From Candidatus Liptonbacteria bacterium (GTDB taxonomy: Bacteria > Patescibacteriota > Minisyncoccia > UBA6257 > 2-01-FULL-56-20): a stretch of 64,000 nt of DNA. The notes beneath the pieces are model-generated. The model did not search any database. It worked only from the letters and a program-made list of their open reading frames with translations, and had not been told where the DNA came from. Location of the stretch: positions 804 to 64,803 of the forward strand of contig JACPLI010000014.1 of the NCBI GenBank assembly GCA_016186635.1, read 5' to 3'. Positions 7,767 to 14,770 of the stretch are shown piece by piece. Made by a program: the position numbers and the translations under genes. How positions within the stretch are numbered: the stretch's first letter is position 1; every line of letters begins with the position of its first letter.

Positions 7767-8873
7767 TTGCGAAACATGCCAGAAGCACAAAACAAGGCGG
7801 CGCAGGCAACCCTCCTTGAAACGCTCAAGGCGGCAATCCCCGCGGGCGAGTGGCCGAAGGAGGGAAGCGTCACTGAAGTGAAACTGCTCCGCAAGACGGA
7901 CCGCAAGGTGTTTTTCGACATGGGCAAATTCGGCACCGGCATCGTGTGGGGCGCGGAGCTGATGAACGCGCGGGAGATGGTGAAGAACCTAGAGTCAGGC
8001 GGCACGTGCCTTGCAAAAATCAAGTTGCTCGAATCAGACGACGGCTACATCGAACTTTCGCTCGCTGAAGCAGGCAGGGAACGGCTCTGGCAGCAGGCGA
8101 AGGAACTCCAAGAATCGGGCGAGCTTGCGAAGGTGAAGGTGGTGGGCGCGAATGCCGGGGGGCTCACCGCAATGCTCTTTGACCTCAAGGCGTTCCTGCC
8201 CGTCTCCCAGCTTTCGCAGGAACACTACCCGCGCGTCGAGGACGGCGACCGGCAAAAAATTTTTGACGAGCTCAAGAAATTTATCGGGCAGGAGCTCACG
8301 GTGAAGGTGATTGACGTGAACCCCCGCCACAACAAGTTCATTCTCTCGGAGCGCGAAGTGGTGAGCGGGAATGTGAAGGAGCTCCTGAAGAAATACAAAG
8401 CGGGCGACGATATCCAGGGGCTCGTGACGGGCATCGCTGACTTCGGCGCGTTTGTGCGCTTCGTGGACGAGCCGCAACTCGAGGGACTTATCCATATCTC
8501 CGAACTCTCGCACGCGCTCGTCGAGAACCCGAAAGACGTGCTCAAAGTGGACGAGACGGTGAAGGTGAAAATCATTGACATCCGCGAGGACGGGCGCGTG
8601 TTCCTCTCTTTGAAAGCGCTCCAGCCCGACCCGTGGAGCACACTCGGCGACCGGTTTAAGAAAGGAGGCGAGGTGGAGGGCAAGGGCTATAAGCTCAACC
8701 CCTTCGGCGCGATGGTGGACCTCGGCGGCGGGATTCAGGGCACCGTGCACATCGCGGAGTTCGAGTCTGCGGACGCGATGAAACAGTTGCTCACGCCCGG
8801 CAGCGCGCGCACGTTCGTCATCGAAGCGGTGAAGCCGGAGGAGAAGAGGATTGTGCTCAAGTTGAAGAAATAA
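7767..8873 (+). CDS. rpsA: 30S ribosomal protein S1 (four S1 domains)
   Basis: repeated S1 RNA-binding motifs e.g. GLVTGIADFGAFVRFVDEPQLEGLIHISELSHALVENPKDVLKVDETVKVKIIDI; TATAAT 10 nt before ATG. Confidence 0.8.
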   Translation: MRNMPEAQNKAAQATLLETLKAAIPAGEWPKEGSVTEVKLLRKTDRKVFFDMGKFGTGIVWGAELMNAREMVKNLESGGTCLAKIKLLESDDGYIELSLAEAGRERLWQQAKELQESGELAKVKVVGANAGGLTAMLFDLKAFLPVSQLSQEHYPRVEDGDRQKIFDELKKFIGQELTVKVIDVNPRHNKFILSEREVVSGNVKELLKKYKAGDDIQGLVTGIADFGAFVRFVDEPQLEGLIHISELSHALVENPKDVLKVDETVKVKIIDIREDGRVFLSLKALQPDPWSTLGDRFKKGGEVEGKGYKLNPFGAMVDLGGGIQGTVHIAEFESADAMKQLLTPGSARTFVIEAVKPEEKRIVLKLKK

Positions 8874-8922
8874 CCCCTCGATATCCAATAGGTTTCCAAA
8901 AGGTTCCCGATTGATTTCTACA

Positions 8923-8963
8923 ATTTAGCAAACTACACGCTATAGCGTGTAGTTTGCTAAATT
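8923..8963. repeat. perfect palindrome aatttagcaaactacacgc-tat-gcgtgtagtttgctaaatt
   Basis: 19-bp arms, 50 nt after rpsA stop; related copy at 11531-11572. Confidence 0.65.
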
Positions 8964-9080
8964 GCACAGTCATACAGTTGGTCATCCCAAGAACACCCGG
9001 GGCGGCTTTGGATTCACTCACGTATTGTCGTGTATTGAAGGATTGAAAGAAAACATGTAAGCTGGGTACTGCTAACGCAT

Positions 9081-9488
9081 GCCGCGGTAGCTCAGTGGTA
9101 GAGCATTCGCCTGAACTCTTCGGGCACCGGTTCAGTAATGAGCCGGAGAAAACTGGGTGAATTCGGGGGAACTTCTTTACTTTAAGAACAACCCCGAGCC
9201 AATCCTTCGCTAAAGCTATGGATTGCAAGCAAGCTACATGAGAAGGCTTGCCTGCTGTAGCCTTCGGCGAAGGCAGGTGTAGAGACTATCCCTTCGGGGA
9301 GTACTCTCCGACATGGGTCGGAGCGGAAGCGCCCAGCTCCATGCCAGATTTCAGACACCAGAAATCAGCTATCGGACAATGCATCCGATATCTGAAATCC
9401 GAGATCTAATTTCTGAACGTGGATGATGATATAGTCCAAACTCGCAAGGAAGAGCGATTGGTCGGGTGTTCGATTCACCCCCGCGGCA
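9081..9488 (+). tRNA. tRNA-Phe (anticodon GAA) interrupted by a group I intron; exons about 9081-9112 and 9449-9488
   Basis: exon1 GCCGCGG-TA-GCTC-AGTGGTA-GAGC-A-TTCGC-CT; exon2 GAAGA-GCGAT-TGGTC-GGGTG-TTCGATT-CACCC-CCGCGGC-A; joined gives a canonical cloverleaf with loop CTGAAGA; no CCA encoded. Confidence 0.75.
9113..9448 (+). other. group I intron in tRNA anticodon loop (after U33), ~336 nt, no ORF
   Basis: 5' exon ends in U and its GCCU can pair with intron GGGC (P1 with U.G); P7-like strands AGACTA (approx 9288) and TAGTC (9432-9436); last intron nt G. Confidence 0.65.
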
Positions 9489-9490
9489 CA

Positions 9491-9979
9491 TTATAACGAG
9501 GATAAAAACTCTTGCACGAATGCAGGACTGTTAATTATCAAAGCGCAGTTCTGTAAATTATACCCCTTATATCCCTCAAGCTGCTTGATAACACTGTAAA
9601 TCTGCCGTTTGCTATTTGGCCTGTTAGTGACAAATACCCCGGTGTTATTATCCATTCTTTTATAATCGTGAATCAGGACGCACCGTAAATGCTTGTACAG
9701 AACATTTAAAGAGGAGCCGCACTGTTGCGGACGCTTTTGGTGCAACTGAGAGCATTGAAGCCTACTAATCTGTTTTTTTCTGAGGACGTCATTTTCCTTT
9801 AACTGACGCAGGGTCGTGGGCATATTCTCTTTGATATACCGATCTACACACCCATTAGTAGATAAACTTTCCATAAAACAAAAGGCTATGAGAAGCGCTG
9901 GAACGGGAAGGTTGAGCTCTGAGTACTGGAGTCCCGAAAGAATTTTTCTCGCCTCTCTTTTCAATCTTGACACATCCAT
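9491..9979 (-). CDS. hypothetical protein in AT-rich islet
   Basis: 162-aa ORF inside low-GC segment 9490-10150 flanked by tRNA genes; no motif recognised; may be a fragment of acquired DNA. Confidence 0.3.
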   Translation of the reverse strand: MDVSRLKREARKILSGLQYSELNLPVPALLIAFCFMESLSTNGCVDRYIKENMPTTLRQLKENDVLRKKQISRLQCSQLHQKRPQQCGSSLNVLYKHLRCVLIHDYKRMDNNTGVFVTNRPNSKRQIYSVIKQLEGYKGYNLQNCALIINSPAFVQEFLSSL

Positions 9980-10197
9980 AAGCCAGTTCAGTACCTGTAA
10001 GGACCAGAACCTTGTTCGGGAAGATTATCGAGCCGGTCCCAGTCCTCTTGAGAAAAGTCGTTATAGTAGTCAAACCCAATCCAAAGAAAAAAGATCACGA
10101 ATGCGATGACTACTAACACGGTTATCGCGAGATCCTTGATTCTCCTCATCATTTCTTGATGTTAACACTTCGCCCACACAAAATTTGTAAGCATCTG

Positions 10198-10268
10198 TCG
10201 GGGAGCCGAGAATCGAACTCGGACTACATGCTCCCAAAGCATGCGTACTACCACTATACGACTCCCCG
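10198..10268 (-). tRNA. tRNA-Pro (anticodon TGG)
   Basis: minus-strand cloverleaf CGGGGAG-TC-GTAT-AGTGGTA-GTAC-G-CATGC-TTTGGGA-GCATG-TAGT-CCGAG-TTCGATT-CTCGG-CTCCCCG-A. Confidence 0.85.
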
Positions 10269-10369
10269 GTGTATTTCTAGCGGGGCAAGAAGGACTCGTG
10301 CTACCGTTACACTACAGTCCGAAGCGCCACTTCAAATTACGCCTTTTTTCGGCTAGAATCAAACCGCTT

Positions 10370-10445
10370 GTCCCCGTAGCTTAACGGATAAAGCGGCTCC
10401 CTTCTAAGGAGTAGACTGCAGGTTCAAGTCCTGCCGGGGACACCA
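10370..10445 (+). tRNA. tRNA-Arg (anticodon TCT), CCA encoded
   Basis: GTCCCCG-TA-GCTT-AACGGATA-AAGC-G-GCTCC-CTTCTAA-GGAGT-AGACT-GCAGG-TTCAAGT-CCTGC-CGGGGAC-A-CCA. Confidence 0.9.
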
Positions 10446-11218
10446 TGAAACTCATCTCACTAAACGCGTTCGGCGGCAAGGCGTATGCACCGCTCATGGA
10501 GTTCGTGAAGGAGCATGCTCCAACGACGGACATTTTCTGCCTTCAAGAGATATTTTCTTCGCCATCGCCCGTACACGAGAGCCACGGGGCGCGCATGAAC
10601 CTCTTTGAAGAACTGGGTGCCGCACTTCCTGATTTCCAAGGGCTCCTTGCGTCAGAGCAGGATGGGTGGGACTTCCAAGGACCCGTTGGCTTCCCCGTCT
10701 CCATGGGCAACGCCTTGTTTGTCCGGCGCACATTCCCCATTGCATCGTCGGGTAACTTTTTCGTGTACCTCGCAAAAAATAAAGTGATTGACAACCAACA
10801 CTTTCCGCAAAGCGTCATCTATACACGCCTTGAAATACGGGGTGCGCGGCTCACCGTTGCCAATTTCCACGGCATCCCCCAGCCCGGGCATAAACTCGAC
10901 ACGCCGGAGCGGCTCGCGCAGTCGCAGCGCATTTGCGAGTTTTTGGCGCGCGAACCCGGCGCGAAGATTCTCTGCGGCGATTTCAACCTTCTCCCCGGCA
11001 CGCAGTCCCTTGCGCTGGTTGAGAAAGATATGCGGAACCTCATCACGGAATTCAGCATCGAGCGCACCCGGAGCCGGCTTTCCCCGTTTTTCGGCAAGCC
11101 CGACTTTCAACCCTTCGCGGACTACATATTCACCTCTCCCCGCATACACGCAACGCGCCTTGAAGCGCCCGACGTCCAAATCTCCGACCACTTGCCGCTC
11201 GTGCTCGAGTTTTCGTAA
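10445..11218 (+). CDS. endonuclease/exonuclease/phosphatase (EEP) family protein
   Basis: 257 aa; N-terminal DIFCLQE and C-terminal ISDHLPLVLEF are typical EEP catalytic motifs; ATG overlaps CCA of tRNA-Arg. Confidence 0.75.
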   Translation: MKLISLNAFGGKAYAPLMEFVKEHAPTTDIFCLQEIFSSPSPVHESHGARMNLFEELGAALPDFQGLLASEQDGWDFQGPVGFPVSMGNALFVRRTFPIASSGNFFVYLAKNKVIDNQHFPQSVIYTRLEIRGARLTVANFHGIPQPGHKLDTPERLAQSQRICEFLAREPGAKILCGDFNLLPGTQSLALVEKDMRNLITEFSIERTRSRLSPFFGKPDFQPFADYIFTSPRIHATRLEAPDVQISDHLPLVLEFS

Positions 11219-11225
11219 GAATATG

Positions 11226-11242
11226 TGTGCGCGCTGAGGGGA
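11226..11242. repeat. 17-bp direct repeat of tRNA-Val 3' end (att-like)
   Basis: tgtgcgcgctgagggga matches 11412-11428 (complement of tRNA-Val acceptor/T-stem 3' end). Confidence 0.7.
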
Positions 11243-11413
11243 AATCAAACGTCGCTTCGCTCCCTCACAACCCTCCGCCTACGCTAAAGCTTCGGCGGAC
11301 AAGTCGGTTTCTCCTCCCGCCTGCCCGCCGTAGTTTCATACGGAGGCGGGACCCCTCCTTCGGTTCGATCCCCTCAGCGCACTCAACAAACAAGATGGAT
11401 ATTGCTAATTTTG

Positions 11414-11485
11414 TGCGCGCTGAGGGGATCGAACCCCCGACCTACTGTGTGTAAAACAGTCGCTCTACCACTGAGCTAAGCGCGC
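11414..11485 (-). tRNA. tRNA-Val (anticodon TAC)
   Basis: GCGCGCT-TA-GCTC-AGTGGTA-GAGC-G-ACTGT-TTTACAC-ACAGT-AGGTC-GGGGG-TTCGATC-CCCTC-AGCGCGC-A. Confidence 0.9.
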
Positions 11486-11530
11486 CCGCCCACAATACTT
11501 CCATACAAATCGCAGAAAATCCAGCGCCGC

Positions 11531-11572
11531 AATTTAGCAGATTACATGCGGTCGCGTGTAATTCGCTAAATT
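11531..11572. repeat. imperfect palindrome aatttagcagattacatgcg-gtc-gcgtgtaattcgctaaatt
   Basis: same outer arms AATTTAGCA...TGCTAAATT as 8923-8963. Confidence 0.55.
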
Positions 11573-11727
11573 GACTTCAGATGCCGAAATAATATACTTT
11601 CAACAATTCCCATGCTTCTCACCCGCCGCATCTCAACCTGGTCCAGTTTTGTGAGAATCCCCCTCTCTTTCTGACCCTGCCTTCCGGCAGGCAGGCGAGA
11701 GGCGTTGCACCGTATGCGTGTACGGTA

Positions 11728-11751
11728 CCCCGCCTCCAGGCGGGGTTTTTG
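11728..11751 (+). terminator. rho-independent terminator
   Basis: ccccgcctccaggcgggg followed by TTTTT; a second hairpin ccgtatgcgtgtacgg lies just upstream. Confidence 0.65.
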
Positions 11752-11961
11752 CTTCACAACAAAGCACATATGAAAAACGAAGAAGACGCAGCAAAAATAT
11801 TTGAGATCCAACCAGAAACTCAAAAAGCTCCTCAACAAAATCAAAACACAAACGGAGAAACGTGCGAGAGTCCTCCTCCAAAAAAACAAGACCCGTGTTT
11901 CGATCCGTACTAATTAAAAGAGGATACCTCGGCTATAACCGGGGCATCCTCGCTCACATCA

Positions 11962-12672
11962 ATGCTGGTTATACCCATAAAAACTCGCGTGTTCAGAGAA
12001 GGAGAAAAACTCTTCCCTTTCATAACGCGCTACATTAAAAAAGTTCCGGAGCGCTCGGTCCTTGTAATCACTTCAAAAATTCTCGCGCTTTCTGAAAAAA
12101 GAACTGCGCCTATAAAGAATTCTCGCACGAAAGCTGAACTCATCCGCAAAGAAAGCGAGGTGGCCATTCGCACCAAATACGTGTGGCTCACGATAAAAGA
12201 CGGGATGATGATGGCCTCGGCGGGGATTGATGAATCAAACGCGAACGGCAAACTGATACTCCTCCCCCATGACAGCTTCGCCGCCGCGCACGCACTCCGC
12301 AACGAATTGCGCCGACTCTACCGCATCAAACATCTTGGGGTGCTCATCACCGATAGCCGCACAATACCGCTTCGCCTAGGAGTAACGGGCGTAGCGGTGG
12401 GGTATGCGGGATTCCGGGGCGTGAGAGACTATCGCGGCGCTCCCGACATTTTCGGGAGAAAGTTCAAATTCGCCCGCACGAATGTCGCGGACAGTTTAGC
12501 AACCGCCGCCACGCTCCTTATGGGAGAAGGAAACGAGCAACAGCCGCTGGCACTTATTCAAAATGCGCCGATAGAATTTTGCGAAAAAGTGGCCCTCCGA
12601 GAAACGCACATAGACATTAACGAGGATATGTATAAACCGCTCTTCGTGCGTCTTCCGAAATCGCGCAGGTGA
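11962..12672 (+). CDS. CofE-like protein (F420-0:gamma-glutamyl ligase family fold)
   Basis: 236 aa; MMASAGIDESNANG and GVLITDSRTIPLRLGVTGVAVGYAGF match the conserved CofE/PF01996 core motifs. Confidence 0.7.
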   Translation: MLVIPIKTRVFREGEKLFPFITRYIKKVPERSVLVITSKILALSEKRTAPIKNSRTKAELIRKESEVAIRTKYVWLTIKDGMMMASAGIDESNANGKLILLPHDSFAAAHALRNELRRLYRIKHLGVLITDSRTIPLRLGVTGVAVGYAGFRGVRDYRGAPDIFGRKFKFARTNVADSLATAATLLMGEGNEQQPLALIQNAPIEFCEKVALRETHIDINEDMYKPLFVRLPKSRR

Positions 12673-12676
12673 TTAT

Positions 12677-13693
12677 TCACCGCGCCATGCTTTCCAACAC
12701 TTCAAGATAAAGTTTCTCAACTATTTTCTCCTGCGCACGCCCGGTCGCCACGTAGTGGTCGAGCCCCGGCGCGGCGTTCACTTCAAGCACCCAGTACTCG
12801 CCGGGCTTCTCGGTAATGCTTCCCTTCACCATAATATCCACCCCGCAAAGGCGGAGCCCCATGTCTTTCGTAAGACGCACCGCAATCCGCCGGAATGCCG
12901 GGTGCACATCCTTCGTCACATCCACGGAATCCCCTCCCGTCGAGAGGTTCGCGTTATCAAGCAAATAGATGCGCGCGCCCTCCGGAGGGACGGAGCGGAG
13001 CGTAAGTCCCTGGCGCCGGAGCTTCAGCGCAATGCGCGGGTCGCCGAACTTGAGGCGCGTGTCGCGGCTCGCGGCGACGAACCGGCGCTGTTTTTCTTTA
13101 AGAAGTTGCCGTATGGTGCGCCTCCCGTCCCCCACCACGTGGAGCGGGATGCGTTCGTAGGCGGAGATGACGCGCCCGTCGAGCACGACCACGCGGTAGT
13201 CGGTGCCTTTGACCGGGCGCTGCACGAGCGCCACGCGGTCGCCCGCGAAGCTCGCGCGCATGGCGCGGAAAAACTCCGCGCGCGTATGCGCGAACGCGAC
13301 ATTCGTTCCCTGACTCCCGCTGTTCGGCTTCACCACGACCGGGAACCCGAGTGTGCGCGCGTAGCGGTACGCCGCATCAATGCCGCGGCGCGAACCGATG
13401 GCTTTGCACCAATCATGGGAGAAAAACGCTTTTCCCGGAATCACGGGGTAGCCCATCCGCCGCATAAAAAAATTGGCGTAGTCTTTGTCTTTCGCGATGT
13501 CGGATGCGCCGAGCGGGTTCAGGTCGAGACTCGAATAGCGAAAATAGCGCTTCCTGCCGTTTTTGAAAAGAATCTGCCCGACGATATTCCACTCGGGCTC
13601 GAGCACCACCCGCGCGCCGATTTGCGGGGCGATTTTTTTGAGCACCTTCCCCAAAAGCGGGGCTCGGTAATTCGTTCGCATCTTACTTATCAA
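12677..13693 (-). CDS. ATP-grasp family ligase (RimK/cyanophycin-synthetase-like)
   Basis: 338 aa; FPVVVKPNSGSQGTNV ... RVALVQRPVKGTDYRVVVLDGRVISAYERI ... EVNAAPGL are ATP-grasp motifs. Confidence 0.7.
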   Translation of the reverse strand: MISKMRTNYRAPLLGKVLKKIAPQIGARVVLEPEWNIVGQILFKNGRKRYFRYSSLDLNPLGASDIAKDKDYANFFMRRMGYPVIPGKAFFSHDWCKAIGSRRGIDAAYRYARTLGFPVVVKPNSGSQGTNVAFAHTRAEFFRAMRASFAGDRVALVQRPVKGTDYRVVVLDGRVISAYERIPLHVVGDGRRTIRQLLKEKQRRFVAASRDTRLKFGDPRIALKLRRQGLTLRSVPPEGARIYLLDNANLSTGGDSVDVTKDVHPAFRRIAVRLTKDMGLRLCGVDIMVKGSITEKPGEYWVLEVNAAPGLDHYVATGRAQEKIVEKLYLEVLESMAR

Positions 13694-13717
13694 AGCTCGG
13701 TGAATAATTCGATTTCT

Positions 13718-13741
13718 GTCATTCCCGCGGAAGCGGGAATC
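13718..13741. repeat. hairpin gtcattcccgcggaagcgggaatc
   Basis: family also at 38551, 49086, 49903. Confidence 0.6.
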
Positions 13742-13769
13742 TATATCGTTATCGTTGAAGGGTTCTAGA

Positions 13770-14642
13770 TTATCGGGTCAAGCCCGATAATGACAATTGG
13801 GGGGTGTTATTCACCAAGCTCTTCTCATTCAACTTGTAGAAATTTTCGAAAAGCTTCGCGACAAGGATAGGTCCCGTGCCGCCAGGGGTGGGGGTGTAGG
13901 AAATAGTAGCGAGCGATGAGTGGCGAGTGGCGAGACTGCTGGAATCGAAGTCACCGAGAAGCTTGCCGCCCACGGAGTCGTACCCAAAATCAACCACAAG
14001 CGCGCCTTCTTTAAGCGTCTCTGCATTGAAAAGCCCTGCCTTGCCAGCGCCGGAGATTACCACATCACAGTTCTTGAGGATGGCAAAGTCCGCGCCGCGG
14101 CCCAACACATACAATTCACTCACCTTCCGCATGAGCCAGACCGCAATCGGCTTCCCGATGAGCATCCCCGCACCGATGACCGCCACTCGCTTACCCTTGA
14201 GGTCAACCTTCGCGCGCCGCAGGACCTCCTCCACGGTCGCGACCGCAGGGTGCAATACCTTCGCGCGGTTGTTGTAGTGGGCGCCCAGCGTCCGCTCGCT
14301 CAAGCAATCGGGGTCCTTCTCCGGCGGAATCGCATTCACGATGTAGGTGGCGTTCAGCGGCTCGGGGAGCGGCAGCTGCACAATCACGCCGCCGCAGGTT
14401 TTCCCCGCCGCGAGTTTTCCCACTTTCTCGCGGAGCGCATCATTCCCTAGGGCAGGAGCAAGTTTATAAATACGATAATCAATTCCCAGCCCTTTCGCGG
14501 TGTCCTGCTTTAGTTTTTGAAAACTTTCGGATGCGGGGTCATCGCCAATTAAAACTCCGGCGAAGAATTTCTTCGGCTTTGGCTTTTCTTTGAGGCGCCC
14601 GAGAAGCTCGGCGGCGATTTTTTTCCCGTCAATCATTGGCAT
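13770..14642 (-). CDS. folD: bifunctional methylenetetrahydrofolate dehydrogenase/cyclohydrolase
   Basis: MPMIDGKKIAAEL..., GVIVQLPLP, ...TPTPGGTGPIL FolD motifs; start placed at ATG 14642 (track start is a TTG within a heptamer array); C-terminal tail reads through hairpin repeats. Confidence 0.88.
   Translation of the reverse strand: MPMIDGKKIAAELLGRLKEKPKPKKFFAGVLIGDDPASESFQKLKQDTAKGLGIDYRIYKLAPALGNDALREKVGKLAAGKTCGGVIVQLPLPEPLNATYIVNAIPPEKDPDCLSERTLGAHYNNRAKVLHPAVATVEEVLRRAKVDLKGKRVAVIGAGMLIGKPIAVWLMRKVSELYVLGRGADFAILKNCDVVISGAGKAGLFNAETLKEGALVVDFGYDSVGGKLLGDFDSSSLATRHSSLATISYTPTPGGTGPILVAKLFENFYKLNEKSLVNNTPQLSLSGLTR
13917..13948. repeat. heptamer array (GAGTGGC/GATGAGT) in frame within folD
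   Basis: gtagcgagcgatgagtggcgagtggcgagactg encodes insert SSSLATRHSSLATIS just before the conserved TPxPGGxGP motif. Confidence 0.75.
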
Positions 14643-14644
14643 AG

Positions 14645-14770
14645 CAAGTGGCAAGTGGCAAGTAGTATGTAGCGAGTAGTATGGAGCAGGGAATAAGAAA
14701 AGTAAACGCGAATAAGCAAAAAAACCGCTTCGCTTCGCTATTCGCTACTTGCTACCCGCTACTTGCTCAC
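14645..14770. repeat. inverted pair of heptamer arrays (GCAAGTG)n ... (CTACTTGC)n forming a long hairpin
   Basis: gcaagtggcaagtggcaagtagtatgtagcgagtag ... ctacttgctacccgctacttgctcac; between glyA stop and folD start. Confidence 0.6.

Noticed and set aside
10270-10335. Possible extra tRNA between tRNA-Pro and tRNA-Arg (GGACTCGTGCTACCGTTACACTACAGTCC region)
   Set aside because: No cloverleaf with acceptor, D, anticodon and T arms could be built on either strand. It looks like a simple hairpin.
11243-11412. tmRNA or other tRNA-like RNA between the tRNA-Val repeats
   Set aside because: The 5'/3' ends can pair like an acceptor stem, but there is no tmRNA resume codon or tag ORF ending in a hydrophobic tail and stop. 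It is far too short for SsrA. Kept only as an att-like remnant finding.
11590-11727. Known structured RNAs (SRP RNA, 6S RNA, RNase P RNA, 5S rRNA) in the segment before terminator 11728
   Set aside because: No conserved SRP domain IV motif (GGAA..AGCAG), RNase P P4 sequences or 5S loop motifs were recognisable by eye. Left as an unassigned possible sRNA.
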